Part shown: positions 18,075-27,884 of the stretch, piece after piece
How positions within the stretch are numbered: the first letter of the stretch is position 1
Layout: the number at the start of each line of letters is the position of its first letter
Assembly: GCF_003428155.1 (NCBI RefSeq)
Contig: NZ_QLIR01000008.1
Span: 30,001 to 62,000 of the forward strand
DNA length: 32,000 nucleotides
Direction: 5' to 3'
Origin: Fastidiosibacter lacustris
GTDB taxonomy: Bacteria > Pseudomonadota > Gammaproteobacteria > Francisellales > Francisellaceae
Program-made: the position numbers and the translations under genes
Notes under the pieces: generated by a model
Databases searched by the model: none
What the model was told of the DNA's origin: nothing
What the model saw: only the letters and a program-made list of their open reading frames with translations

Positions 18075-19768
18075 AATGTTTTTACCAAATCTGTTACTGG
18101 TGTGATCTGATCATGACAGCAAAGCACACATACATCATCTGATTGTAAATTTTGTAATGCTTGTTTTGCACCAGATAGCTCATCTTCAACAAAAAAGATT
18201 GTATCTTGTTTTATGCCAAAATGAGCTAAGGATACTGCTACTTTTTGAGGAATTTCTCCTAACTTTGCACCACGTAAATATTTTTTGAGCTCTTTAATAA
18301 AAATCTGGCTTGGTTGATATTGCACAACTACCCTTGAACAATCATCAATTAAGTTAATCCTATCTCCTGTTGTACCAAGCATTAATGAAAGCCTTGAGTC
18401 TTTGTTACAGTAGTGACGTGCAAGAGATAAAATTGCATCTAAACCTGCTGGGTTATGAGCAAAATCAACAATAACCGTTGCTCCAGATTGAAGCTCATAG
18501 ATATTTGCTCTGCCTTGATTTTGATTTATATCGTTCTTATAAGTTGTAAGCGCATGTCCAATATCATCTAAAGATATACCCAGTGCATAAGCTAAAGCAA
18601 TCGCATGCAATGTATTCTCAATGTTGTGTTTAGCCGCACCATTAATGGTCAGTGGAACATCTGTTAGCTTAACAAGTATATGCTCTTTATAGTTTTCCCA
18701 CCAAATAAATACGTTATTTTTAACGTAACAAGCTTTATCCTTATCCGATAAAGTACCTAATTGGGATACTTCAATTGGGTTTTTACTAATCAGAATTTTA
18801 TTAGGTTTTTTAATCACATTGACTAAACTTGCTAAATGAACGTCATCCAGATTGATCACAGCATATGCGTTTTCACCTGCTAATCCTCGATAAACGATAC
18901 ATTTTGCTTCAATAAGGTCCTGAAGTGTTTCAACACCATCTTCACCCATATGATCAGGTGATACATTCGTAATCGTAGCAGCTTTAACTTGAGTTTCAAT
19001 AAGTCCACGCTTTAATAGACCACCTCGTGCTGATTCTAACACGGCTATCTCCACTTGAGGATTGGTTAAAACAAATTGATGTCCTGTTGGTCCTGAATAA
19101 TCACCTTTACCTATGATCTGATCATTAATCACTACCCAATCTGTTGAAGCATAACCTGTTAACTTTCCTGCTTGTTGGCAAATGTAATAGGTTAACCTCA
19201 CCGTTGTTGTTTTGCCATTTGTTCCAGTGACAATCACTGCTGGCACATCATATACATCTTGCCAAGGAATAGATAAATAATCATCCGTTAATAAAGATAC
19301 TTTATATCTACCGACGCCAGAGCCAACATAAGCTTCATCACCATCTCGAAAAACATTCACTCCATGTGTTTTAGCTTTGGCATAAAGTACGCGATAGGCT
19401 GGATTTTGTTCTGCTTTGATCATTTTTTGCAAAACATCCTTAGCCTCTTTGCAAACAACGAATTCCTGTTTATGCAAAAATCTATAACAAGCTTCTTTCC
19501 AGGTATAATCAATCACATCGCAGGCAGCTAAAAGAATATCGACAGGTGCGGTAAATGCTAGGCGTAAACCACCATTATAGATTTTATAAGCAAGCTTATA
19601 CTCTCCCCAATTAAGTTCAGTTAAAACACGCTTACACACATTCTGCCAGATGTTAACCAACTCTTGCTGATGTGACTTTAATGGAATATCTAACACCGTC
19701 CCTGTTTCGCTGAAAAAAAGGTTTGGTCCCACTAAGCGACGAGAATACCCTTCTGGTAGATCAATCAT
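18068..19768 (-). CDS. Mur-ligase-type cyanophycin synthetase paralogue (CphA'-like), without an ATP-grasp domain
   Basis: RRLVGPNLFF N-terminus, P-loop VIVTGTNGKTTTVR, VLESARGGLLKRG, NVSPDHMGEDGVETLQDL and VIVDFAHNPAGLD. 566 aa, adjacent to full-length cphA. Confidence 0.85.
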   Translation of the reverse strand: MIDLPEGYSRRLVGPNLFFSETGTVLDIPLKSHQQELVNIWQNVCKRVLTELNWGEYKLAYKIYNGGLRLAFTAPVDILLAACDVIDYTWKEACYRFLHKQEFVVCKEAKDVLQKMIKAEQNPAYRVLYAKAKTHGVNVFRDGDEAYVGSGVGRYKVSLLTDDYLSIPWQDVYDVPAVIVTGTNGKTTTVRLTYYICQQAGKLTGYASTDWVVINDQIIGKGDYSGPTGHQFVLTNPQVEIAVLESARGGLLKRGLIETQVKAATITNVSPDHMGEDGVETLQDLIEAKCIVYRGLAGENAYAVINLDDVHLASLVNVIKKPNKILISKNPIEVSQLGTLSDKDKACYVKNNVFIWWENYKEHILVKLTDVPLTINGAAKHNIENTLHAIALAYALGISLDDIGHALTTYKNDINQNQGRANIYELQSGATVIVDFAHNPAGLDAILSLARHYCNKDSRLSLMLGTTGDRINLIDDCSRVVVQYQPSQIFIKELKKYLRGAKLGEIPQKVAVSLAHFGIKQDTIFFVEDELSGAKQALQNLQSDDVCVLCCHDQITPVTDLVKTFC

Positions 19769-19782
19769 AACATTTACCCTTT

Positions 19783-22596
19783 TTAGTCTGCATCTTCATC
19801 AGCATGCACAGCAATTCGCACACCGCGCTCATCGGCAATAATCCCTGCTTGCATCATTTCAACGATCTCTTTTGCCAACCCATGACTTTGAGATAACGTA
19901 ATGGCATGCTTGTTTACTTGTTGTGGGATCTCCCCTAATGCTGACTCTAGCTTATTAAAGTGAATGATCTGTTTCCAGGTTTTTTTAATGTCATCGGCAA
20001 AAATCACAACTAGATCATCTGCTTTGGCATGATTAAGTGCCGTATCAACTGCTTGAGCTTCTTCTTCAATAATTTCTATATTTTGACTTGCTACACCTGC
20101 TTCTAACAATCCTTGCTTTAATAAACACGGAATTTCACCATACTCTCGCCCTCTTAATCCATTATCTTGCTTACAAATAAAACGATCAAAATAAGTTGCT
20201 GCTGCTTTTGCCAGATTCAACACATCCTGGTCTCGCCTATCTCCAGGTGCCGCAATTACACAAGTTTTAAAACCTTTTACCTCAATTTTCTCAACTAATT
20301 TACCTATTGCTTCAACTGCTACAGGATTGTGTGCATAATCCAACAATACTTTAAATGGATGCTCATCAAACCAATTCATTCTGCCTGGTGCTTGGTAAAA
20401 TGAAGTAGTGAATGTGCGTAAGCCATTTTTAATGTCATCTAAGCCCATATTCATGCTATAAGCAATTGCTACTGCAAACATCGCGTTTTGTACGTTATGA
20501 ATAGCACGACCTTCCATTGTTGCTGGAATCAAATGTGTCCATAATACAGGCATATGAATGTGATTATCAAAAATTGTAATCATATCACCATTGACACCTT
20601 TCTCTATGACAACCGCTTTCCCACCTGTGCGAATATGTTCTTTCACTAAACCATGCTCTGGATTCATCGTTACATACATGATGTGCTGTGCATTTGTATA
20701 AGCAGATAATCGTAAACAATGTGGGTCATCTGCATTAAATACAGCTACATCATGAGCAGCATCGGTAACGATTCGCTTGACATCAGCAAGCTCCTCTAGT
20801 GTATTAACGCCCTTTAACCCCATATGATCTTCAGAAATATTGATACAAGCACCAACGTTACAATAATCATATCCTAAGCCACTTCTTAATAAGCCACCAC
20901 GCGCGGTTTCAAACACTGCAACCTCTACGGCAGGATCCCTTAATATCATTTGTGCTGATCTAGGCCCTGTCATATCACCTGCAACTGTTTGCTTGCCATT
21001 AACGTAAACTCCATCTGTTGTTGTAAAGCCAACAGATTTGCCTGCAATTTTCCACATGTGTGCTACCATACGCGTTGTTGTTGTTTTACCATTGGTACCT
21101 GTAATTGCAGCAATTGGAATTCGTGCACATTCTGTATTAGGAAACAGCATATCCATCACAGCACCAGCAACATCTCTAGATTGACCTTCACTTGGAGAAA
21201 CATGCATTCTAAAACCAGGAGCAGCATTAACTTCACAAATTGCTCCACCTACTTCTTGATAAGATTGAGTAATATCAGGTGATAAAAAGTCAACGCCACC
21301 AACATCCAAACCAATAGCAGTAACTGCACGCTCAGCCATTTCACGGTTGTCTGGATGCACAACATCCGTCATATCAATTGCTGTACCACCTGTTGATAGA
21401 TTTGCCGTTTTACGTAAATAGAAAGTCTCCCCTTCTGCTAAAACACTCTCTACATTTAAGCCTGCTTTTTCAAGTAGCATCAATGCTTGATGATCAAGTT
21501 CTAAACGTGTTAATACTTTTTCATGTCCCACACCACGTCTTGGGTCTTCATTTACAATATCCACAAGCTCAGTAATGCTATGCTTACCATCACCAACAAT
21601 ATGTCCTGGTACACGTTTTGCCACGGCTACAAGCTTACCATTAACAACTAACATCCTATGGTCAAAACCCTCAACATACTGCTCCACAATTACCCAACGA
21701 CCATGCTCTTTAGCAACGGCGTAAGCTTTTTTCAAAGTTTCTTCATCCTGAATATTAATTGTAATTCCTCTCCCATGATTACCATCCAATGGCTTAACCA
21801 CAAGTGGGTAACCTAAATGTTTTGCCACTGAAATGGTATCGCTTTCATAACGTATAGTTCTTTGCTTGGGCACGGGTAACCCCAAACCATTTAAGATAGT
21901 ATTGGTTTGCGCTTTATCACATGAAATCTCAACCGCAATATGCTTAGTTTCGCTTGTAATTGTTGCTTGAATACGTTTTTGGTACTTACCATGCCCAAAC
22001 TGCACCAATGAGTGTTCATTTAGGCGTATGTAAGGAATATCACGCTTTGTTGCAGCTTCCACTAACGACCCTGTACTTGGACCAAACTCCTTACTTTGCG
22101 CAAACTTAATGAAGCCCACTTTTTGCTCTTCAAAATCAAAAGTCTCCAAATTGACATTGAGCTCTTGTTGTAAGTGTTTAGGTAATAAGGATAATAGTAA
22201 ATCACGCCCAAGATAGCTTGCCTGTAAACCAACATCTTTTTGCTTGTATTCAAACACCATATTATATTGCCCAGGCAGTCCCGTACTTCTTGTTTTACCA
22301 AAACTTACTTGGCTACCTGCAATATCTTGAAGTTCAATGGCCACATGTTCCCAAATATGTCCCATCCAAGTCCCTTTACCTTCTTTCATACGACGAATAA
22401 AACCACCTGGCTCTCGGTATGAACAACCATGCTCTTTTAACCCTGATAAGGCTTCCACCAACTTATCAATAAACTCATCACCTAATTTTGCAGATGGCCA
22501 ATGCTCTAAAATACCCAAATCAATTACGTGTCGGATCACTGGGAAATTGGCATATAAATTAGGACCAATATAGACATTACTTGAAATAATTTGCAT
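19783..22596 (-). CDS. cphA: Cyanophycin synthetase (ATP-grasp plus Mur ligase)
   Basis: GPNLYANFPVIRHVIDLG, FGKTRSTGLPGQYNMV, YPLVVKPLDGNHGRGITINI, IAAITGTNGKTTTTRM, VLLDYAHNPVAVE and APGDRRDQD. The start at 22596 has a GGGAG ribosome-binding site, so the ORF-track start at 22707 is unlikely. Confidence 0.96.
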   Translation of the reverse strand: MQIISSNVYIGPNLYANFPVIRHVIDLGILEHWPSAKLGDEFIDKLVEALSGLKEHGCSYREPGGFIRRMKEGKGTWMGHIWEHVAIELQDIAGSQVSFGKTRSTGLPGQYNMVFEYKQKDVGLQASYLGRDLLLSLLPKHLQQELNVNLETFDFEEQKVGFIKFAQSKEFGPSTGSLVEAATKRDIPYIRLNEHSLVQFGHGKYQKRIQATITSETKHIAVEISCDKAQTNTILNGLGLPVPKQRTIRYESDTISVAKHLGYPLVVKPLDGNHGRGITINIQDEETLKKAYAVAKEHGRWVIVEQYVEGFDHRMLVVNGKLVAVAKRVPGHIVGDGKHSITELVDIVNEDPRRGVGHEKVLTRLELDHQALMLLEKAGLNVESVLAEGETFYLRKTANLSTGGTAIDMTDVVHPDNREMAERAVTAIGLDVGGVDFLSPDITQSYQEVGGAICEVNAAPGFRMHVSPSEGQSRDVAGAVMDMLFPNTECARIPIAAITGTNGKTTTTRMVAHMWKIAGKSVGFTTTDGVYVNGKQTVAGDMTGPRSAQMILRDPAVEVAVFETARGGLLRSGLGYDYCNVGACINISEDHMGLKGVNTLEELADVKRIVTDAAHDVAVFNADDPHCLRLSAYTNAQHIMYVTMNPEHGLVKEHIRTGGKAVVIEKGVNGDMITIFDNHIHMPVLWTHLIPATMEGRAIHNVQNAMFAVAIAYSMNMGLDDIKNGLRTFTTSFYQAPGRMNWFDEHPFKVLLDYAHNPVAVEAIGKLVEKIEVKGFKTCVIAAPGDRRDQDVLNLAKAAATYFDRFICKQDNGLRGREYGEIPCLLKQGLLEAGVASQNIEIIEEEAQAVDTALNHAKADDLVVIFADDIKKTWKQIIHFNKLESALGEIPQQVNKHAITLSQSHGLAKEIVEMMQAGIIADERGVRIAVHADEDAD

Positions 22597-22739
22597 AAAG
22601 CGCTCCCTTGTATTTTTTCCCAAAAATAGTCTATTTAGAATAATCAAACCAAATGCTATTGTATAGCAAACTTTAATGCTTTTTACATTGAAGGTAGATA
22701 AAAACATAAGTTGATCAATAATCGCTCTCTAATAAACTT

Positions 22740-22871
22740 TGAGCTCAACTTCCTATCTCCGCCACAAGTAAGTCGGGGCTCACTGCAACCTCCCGCTGAT
22801 CGCAGCACGCTAAAGGAAATATATCCTCATGGAGGTTTAACTTCATTTGCCTTCTTTAATTGCTTTGAAGT
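22740..22871. other. GC-rich intergenic segment with complementary stems; candidate structured RNA or leader (unclassified)
   Basis: AACCTCC (22787-22793)/GGAGGTT (22831-22837) enclose GCTG-ATCG-CAGC (22795-22806) and AGGA-AATATA-TCCT (22814-22827). Additional pairings are CTCCG/CGGGG (22757-22761/22774-22778) and ACTTCA/TGAAGT (22840-22845/22866-22871). Confidence 0.4.
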
Positions 22872-22905
22872 AGGAAAAAAGCATGGCGATTTTTTGCTTA
22901 CAACG

Positions 22906-22911
22906 TATAAT
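22906..22911 (+). promoter_or_regulatory. Candidate -10 box for the lepB-rnc-truB operon
   Basis: Perfect TATAAT 37 bp upstream of the lepB ATG. No convincing -35 was seen. Confidence 0.4.
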
Positions 22912-22948
22912 AACGAACGTAGAATAGTTAAGGATAGTAAATATTATT

Positions 22949-23782
22949 ATGAATATAGATTTTAGCTTTTGGTTGTTGGTGTTAACCATAGCCTCTGGGA
23001 TTATCGCCATAATTGATAAATTTAAGTTTGAACCTAAGCGTTTAGCGCCTGTTATCGACCAACTAAAAGGCATGAGCAAAAAAGAACGCCATAAGTTTAT
23101 CCAAAAAAACAAAGCGTTAAAAGCACCTTTTTTAGCCGATTATGCGCGCTCGCTTTTTAGTGTGTTTTTGATTGTATTCATTCTACGCGGTTTTTTAATT
23201 GGGAACTTTCTCATTCCCTCTGCATCAATGACACCAACGCTTCCTGTTGGTAACTTTATCCTTGTCAACAAAACAGCTTATGGCATTCGAAATCCAATCA
23301 CCAACGCTATCTGGATTAAAACAGGTGACCCTCAACGTGGCGATATCGTTGTGTTTCATTTTCCGGTTAATCCTAATGTCGATTTTATTAAGCGTGTTGT
23401 TGGCGTACCAGGAGATGTCATTTCTTACCAAAATAAAAAGCTCACAATTAATGGCAAGTCTATTGAATACAGCAATTGTAAATACGATCAAATTAATAGC
23501 TACAATGGCAATGGTGCAAACACGATTTGTATGGAGCACCTTGGTAATACACCACACGAGATTGATATGATTGCAAATACCCCTTCAGCAGATTTTACCA
23601 ATCTTGTTGTACCACAAGGGATGTATTTTGTAATGGGGGATAACCGAGACAACAGTGAGGATAGCCGCTATTGGGGATTCGTATCAGAGAAAGACTTGGT
23701 TGGTAAAGCACGCTTTGTCTGGTTTAGTTGGAACAGTTTAAACAACTCTATTCGCTGGAACCAAATAGCGCGAGTATTGTAG
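22949..23782 (+). CDS. lepB: Signal peptidase I
   Basis: FLIPSASMTPTLPVGNFILVNK (catalytic Ser), RGDIVVFHFP, FIKRVVGVPGD and YFVMGDNRDNSEDSRYWGFV. Confidence 0.96.
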   Translation: MNIDFSFWLLVLTIASGIIAIIDKFKFEPKRLAPVIDQLKGMSKKERHKFIQKNKALKAPFLADYARSLFSVFLIVFILRGFLIGNFLIPSASMTPTLPVGNFILVNKTAYGIRNPITNAIWIKTGDPQRGDIVVFHFPVNPNVDFIKRVVGVPGDVISYQNKKLTINGKSIEYSNCKYDQINSYNGNGANTICMEHLGNTPHEIDMIANTPSADFTNLVVPQGMYFVMGDNRDNSEDSRYWGFVSEKDLVGKARFVWFSWNSLNNSIRWNQIARVL

Positions 23783-23783
23783 T

Positions 23784-24467
23784 ATGAGAGTTGATTATTC
23801 TTCTTTATATCGTCGTATTGGCTATCATTTTAAAAATGAAGCATTGGTTCAACAAGCGCTTACACATCGAAGCAAGCAAAAAGAACATAATGAGCGTTTA
23901 GAGTTCTTGGGCGACTCCATTCTTGGGTTTGTAATGGCTGAAGCACTTTACCAAAGGTTTCCTCACGAAGATGAAGGCAATTTGTCTCTTCTGCGCATGT
24001 ATTTAGTCCGAGGCAAAATGCTAACTGATATAGCCAAGCGTTTCGATCTAGGTGAATACATGTCCTTTGGTGTTGGAGAACTCAAATCTGGCGGATATAA
24101 GCGTGCTCGTTTATTAGAAGATGCTTTTGAGGCAATTATAGGTGCAATTTATCTTGATAGTGATATGAACACTGTTAAAGAACAAATCTTAAGCTGGTAT
24201 GACGATGCACTTAGAACACTCAATATAGAAGAACACACTAAAGATCCAAAATCACGTCTACAAGAATATTTACAGGCTAAGATCCAAACTCATCCTATTT
24301 ATACTGTTATTGCTACTGAAGGCTTGGATCATGACCAAACCTTTACTGTTGAAGTATCTTTAGGTAGCCTTGAGAAGACTTACTGTGCTAAAGGGAAGTC
24401 ACGCAAACAGGCTGAACATGCCGCAGCCAAAATCGCATTAAATGCAATCAATATAAAAGAAGACTAA
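23784..24467 (+). CDS. rnc: Ribonuclease III
   Basis: HNERLEFLGDSILGFVMAEALY, EDAFEAIIGAIYLD and a C-terminal dsRBD. Confidence 0.96.
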   Translation: MRVDYSSLYRRIGYHFKNEALVQQALTHRSKQKEHNERLEFLGDSILGFVMAEALYQRFPHEDEGNLSLLRMYLVRGKMLTDIAKRFDLGEYMSFGVGELKSGGYKRARLLEDAFEAIIGAIYLDSDMNTVKEQILSWYDDALRTLNIEEHTKDPKSRLQEYLQAKIQTHPIYTVIATEGLDHDQTFTVEVSLGSLEKTYCAKGKSRKQAEHAAAKIALNAINIKED

Positions 24468-24468
24468 A

Positions 24469-25401
24469 ATGGCACGCAAAAGAAAGGGGATCGCTTTAAA
24501 TGGTATTATCATTATTAATAAGCCTTATGGTCTTTCTTCTAATCAAGCTCTTCAGCGCATTAAAAAGGCGTTTAATGCTCAAAAAGCAGGGCATACAGGA
24601 AGCCTTGATCCATTGGCAACAGGCGTACTCCCAATTTGCTTTGGGCAAGCCACACGCATTTCGCAATATTTATTAGATGCAAATAAAAGCTATGAAGCCA
24701 CCATCCAATTAGGTATTAGCACTGACAGTGGTGATATAGAAGGTCAAGTAATTCGTACAAGTGATATTCCAGTGCTGGATGAAGAGACAATCAACACCAC
24801 ACTTCAGCGCTTTATTGGTCAAATTAAACAAGTACCACCTATGTATTCAGCCCTTAAACATCAAGGTGTGCCATTATATGAGTTTGCGCGTAAAGGTATT
24901 GAAATAGAGCGAAAACCAAGAGTAATAACTATTTTCGCACTTAAACTTATTGACTACGACGCATATAAGCATACGATAAATATTGATGTTCACTGCTCTA
25001 AAGGCACCTATATTCGCACACTTGGCATGGATATCGCTCAAGCACTTGGCACTGATGGTCATTTAACTAAGCTTACACGTACACAATGTGGTCTGCTTAG
25101 CAGTCAAATCATGCTTGAAATTGATAATTTAGAGCAACTAACTATTACCCAACGCCATAGTAGGGTACTTAATACAGAATGTGTATTTACAGATACCCCA
25201 ATTTTTACTATACCTTGCGACGCACATAGTTTATTTTACTCAAAAGGAAAACTACAATTAGAAAGGAACTTTAGTGGAATTGCAAGAATTTATGATCAAG
25301 GGCACTTTGTTGCAATCGGCTATTTTGAACAAGGTAACTTGATTAAAAAACAACTCTTTTTACAAGGCATCATCAATAATGGGCACGAAATACACAATTA
25401 A
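24469..25401 (+). CDS. truB: tRNA pseudouridine55 synthase
   Basis: IIINKPYGLSSNQAL, GHTGSLDPLATGVLPICFGQATR, YSALKHQGVPLYEFAR and CSKGTYIRTL. Confidence 0.96.
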   Translation: MARKRKGIALNGIIIINKPYGLSSNQALQRIKKAFNAQKAGHTGSLDPLATGVLPICFGQATRISQYLLDANKSYEATIQLGISTDSGDIEGQVIRTSDIPVLDEETINTTLQRFIGQIKQVPPMYSALKHQGVPLYEFARKGIEIERKPRVITIFALKLIDYDAYKHTINIDVHCSKGTYIRTLGMDIAQALGTDGHLTKLTRTQCGLLSSQIMLEIDNLEQLTITQRHSRVLNTECVFTDTPIFTIPCDAHSLFYSKGKLQLERNFSGIARIYDQGHFVAIGYFEQGNLIKKQLFLQGIINNGHEIHN

Positions 25402-27808
25402 AAATGATCCCAACAGGGAAAATGAAGCACAGAAATATGATGATCCAATTCCAAGTCGTGATGTGATTTTGGCTTATCTTAAAGATTTAAATCAACCTAC
25501 AGTTTTTGAAAACATTGCCGAAGCGTTGTCACTTAAACGCAATCGACAACTTGATGCGCTTGCTAATCGCTTAGGGGCAATGACTCGAGATGAACAACTT
25601 GAACAAGATGGACAATATTTTAGATTGTTTAAACAAAAGCAACATATTGTTACGGGTATAGTACGCGTTGAAAATGATGGTAATGCCATTGTTACCACAG
25701 AAGATAAAATGTACAGTGCTTTCTTACCACAACACCAAGCAAAACTGGTGTTCAATGGTGATAAGGTCTGTGCTGTTATCCTTGGTTTAAATCGCAAACA
25801 CAAATTAGAAGCCAGAATTGACAGTATTATTCAACGCAATACAACGGAAATCATTGGTCGTTACAGCCAGCAGCTAGACAGCCATTTAATCCAGCCCGTT
25901 AGCAAAACTATGTCACGCCATATTTTATTACTACCTCCCAAAAAAGCGCTAGAACCTGATGCCCTGATTAAGGCTAAAGTGATTATTTACCCTTCACCCA
26001 TATCTCCAGCAGTAGCTGAATTTACTGAATTGCTTGAAGAACAATCCCCTATTCTCACTGCTATTTCGATTGCAAGTAGAAAGCACAATCTAATTGAAGC
26101 ATGGTCTAAAAAAACCGAAAAATTTGTTACTACGCTACCACAACAGGTGCTGCCTGATGAAATCATTGAGCGTGTTGATTTACGCCACTTGCCGTTTGTC
26201 ACAATAGACGGTGAAGATGCAAAAGACTTTGATGACGCGGTTTATGCACATAAAAGCTCAACTGATGGTTGGAAATTATACGTTGCGATTGCAGATGTCT
26301 CTTACTATGTTCGAGCTGATTCTACCTTAGATAAAGATGCTCAAAGTCGGTCAACTTCTGTATATTTTCCTGGCTATGTTATTCCGATGTTGCCAGAAAA
26401 GATTTCTAACGAACTTTGTTCTTTAAAGCCTAACGTTGATCGTTTAGCATTGATCTGTGAAATGAACATCAGTCAAAGTGCTCGCCTGTCACGTTATAAA
26501 TTTTATTCTGGAGTGATTAACTCTAAGGCACGCCTAACTTATACTGAAGTTAGCAAACTTTTAAATCATAAAGAGTCACATATTTACTACCAACAACCTG
26601 AACTTGTCCCAAACCTTTTTGACTTATATGACTTATATCAAATACTTGCCAAGGCACGAAAAATAAGAGGTGCGATTGATTTTGATAAGGTTGAAACTCA
26701 AATTATTCTTAATGAACATAACCATATCGAGGCTATTGTTCCACGTCAACGCAATCAAGCTCATAAAGTAATTGAAGAATGTATGTTGATGGCTAACGTC
26801 GCAACAGCCAAATTTATTGAAAAACACAAAGCACATGCACCATTTCGTGTACATGGCGCACCTCCGAGTGGCAAAATTGAGGATCTGAGAGCCTATTTAC
26901 ACTCCTTAGGGATTAGTTTTAAACCTAACAAGAAAGGAGTTACTTCTGCTGACTATAGCCACATGCTCGAACAAGCTAAAGATCGAGAAGACTTTGCCAA
27001 TATCCAATTGATGACCTTAAAAAGCATGAATCAGGCAATTTACACACCTGACAATCAAGGGCATTTTGGTTTAGCCTACCCTGCTTATACTCATTTCACA
27101 TCACCTATTCGTCGCTATCCTGACTTATTGACTCATCGCACTATTAAATCGATTATTAGTGAGAAAAAATTTGGTGCTAAAAGTTATACCCATACTCAAT
27201 TAAATGAGCTTTGCTCTCATGCTTCAAACCAAGAACGCAATGCAGATTCTGCATCCACGGATGTTGAAAAATGGCTAAAATGTCACTTTCTTCACAACCG
27301 TATTGGTGAACTGTTTGCTGGCAAAATTGTTCATGTCACTGGATTCGGAATGTATGTTGAATTGATAGACAACTACATCGAAGGGCTTGTGCATATCTCT
27401 ACTATGCATAGTGATTATTATATCTTTGACGAAGCACAACATCGTCTTATTGGTCAACGTACTAAAGTTAGCTATAGCATAGGACAAAAAGTACAAGTGC
27501 AACTCGTTCGTGTTAACTTAGATGAAATGCAAATTGATTTTGAACTCACATTAAATGGCAAAGGTCGAAGCAACATTCATGAACAAAATCACAATCCACA
27601 CCTAAAACGTAAGGCACGCATCAAATCGAGTGAAATTAAAGCCGCAGCTAAGTGCGCACGTAAAAAACTAGCAACCAATAGAAAGGTTGAACCTATAAAA
27701 TTAATTGATTTAAAATCATCCAATTCTCAAAAAACTAAAAAGAAAAAGACTAACATTGGCAAGAACATCCGTAAAAAGCCCAATTCAAAACCAACAATAA
27801 TTGATTAA
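25379..27808 (+). CDS. rnr: Ribonuclease R (RNB/S1 exoribonuclease)
   Basis: VTIDGEDAKDFDDAVYAH, ISNELCSLKPNVDRLALICEM, FTSPIRRYPDLLTHR, an S1-like C-terminal domain and a basic tail. Confidence 0.93.
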   Translation: MGTKYTIKNDPNRENEAQKYDDPIPSRDVILAYLKDLNQPTVFENIAEALSLKRNRQLDALANRLGAMTRDEQLEQDGQYFRLFKQKQHIVTGIVRVENDGNAIVTTEDKMYSAFLPQHQAKLVFNGDKVCAVILGLNRKHKLEARIDSIIQRNTTEIIGRYSQQLDSHLIQPVSKTMSRHILLLPPKKALEPDALIKAKVIIYPSPISPAVAEFTELLEEQSPILTAISIASRKHNLIEAWSKKTEKFVTTLPQQVLPDEIIERVDLRHLPFVTIDGEDAKDFDDAVYAHKSSTDGWKLYVAIADVSYYVRADSTLDKDAQSRSTSVYFPGYVIPMLPEKISNELCSLKPNVDRLALICEMNISQSARLSRYKFYSGVINSKARLTYTEVSKLLNHKESHIYYQQPELVPNLFDLYDLYQILAKARKIRGAIDFDKVETQIILNEHNHIEAIVPRQRNQAHKVIEECMLMANVATAKFIEKHKAHAPFRVHGAPPSGKIEDLRAYLHSLGISFKPNKKGVTSADYSHMLEQAKDREDFANIQLMTLKSMNQAIYTPDNQGHFGLAYPAYTHFTSPIRRYPDLLTHRTIKSIISEKKFGAKSYTHTQLNELCSHASNQERNADSASTDVEKWLKCHFLHNRIGELFAGKIVHVTGFGMYVELIDNYIEGLVHISTMHSDYYIFDEAQHRLIGQRTKVSYSIGQKVQVQLVRVNLDEMQIDFELTLNGKGRSNIHEQNHNPHLKRKARIKSSEIKAAAKCARKKLATNRKVEPIKLIDLKSSNSQKTKKKKTNIGKNIRKKPNSKPTIID

Positions 27809-27884
27809 TTAAGGTTTTTTGTATATTTACACGCGCTTTAAAATAACACACAATGAGAGTCTATTAATCATAGAGAATAAAAAT

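Noticed and set aside
20989-21282. 97-aa plus-strand ORF (MLAINVNSICCCKANRFACNF...) and similar ORFs antisense to cphA.
   Set aside because: Ser/Cys/Asn-rich low-quality translation lying entirely antisense to the conserved cphA coding sequence.
22777-22793. 17-nt GGCTCACTGCAACCTCC, identical to a well-known segment of human Alu elements (reverse orientation), which raised the question of contamination.
   Set aside because: The flanks diverge immediately on both sides and the segment takes part in local complementary stems. A short coincidental match is more likely than chimerism. A BLASTN search of 22700-22900 would settle it.
22711-22965. 84-aa plus-strand ORF across the cphA-lepB intergenic region.
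   Set aside because: It runs through the GC-rich foldable segment, overlaps the lepB start, has no recognisable protein motif and is probably fortuitous.
25492-27502. Several minus-strand ORFs (25492-25803, 25987-26202, 26633-26854, 27275-27502).
   Set aside because: All are antisense to rnr, which has strong family motifs throughout. They have no motifs or plausible ribosome-binding context.
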